A DNA stretch of 64,000 nucleotides from the human T2T-CHM13v2.0 reference genome, Homo sapiens. Of the stretch, positions 60,367-64,000 are shown piece by piece. The DNA is taken from the NCBI RefSeq assembly GCF_009914755.1, contig NC_060943.1; one strand, 5' to 3'. The first letter of the stretch is position 1; each line of letters starts with the position of its first letter. Both the position numbers and the translations under genes were made by a program. The notes below the pieces were generated by a model. That model saw only the letters and a program-made list of their open reading frames with translations, was not told the origin of the DNA and did not search any database.

Positions 60367-60448
60367 CTGGCAGGGAAAGACAGAGGGAAAGAAAGATAAA
60401 CCCTTGGTAAGTGCTGTCCCTGTCTCAAATTTCAGAAGTCTTCCCTCA

Positions 60449-64000
<3,552 letters not shown>

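Overview
Human (or very closely related great-ape) genomic DNA, very Alu-dense and GC-rich, recognisable as the KANK2-DOCK6 locus (19p13.2). Both genes lie on the minus strand. The whole KANK2 gene is present: CpG-island promoter at ~39.8-41.0 kb, non-coding exons, and 11 coding exons that splice to an 851-aa ORF (859 aa with an alternative acceptor), ending at AATAAA 7313-7318. The 3' part of DOCK6 is also present: 20 coding exons, 2594 coding nt, covering the DHR-2 GEF domain, and ending ~1.4-1.8 kb upstream of the KANK2 first exons. I fixed all exon boundaries by reading splice signals and checking frame continuity. Exon numbers and protein comparisons come from my recollection of the canonical transcripts. 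The most interesting observations are: (1) a candidate internal, possibly bidirectional promoter in DOCK6 intron 41, with an acceptor-less exon whose ATG is in frame with the catalytic lobes of DHR-2 (a predicted 326-aa mini-GEF); (2) a 2.6-kb intronic tandem repeat made of copies of a 5' splice-site/E-box word; (3) three GC-type donors; (4) an AG|GTAAG dual splice site at the KANK2 start-codon exon; (5) a probable KANK2 ankyrin-repeat missense allele. Most ORFs in the supplied track are Alu- or repeat-derived artefacts.
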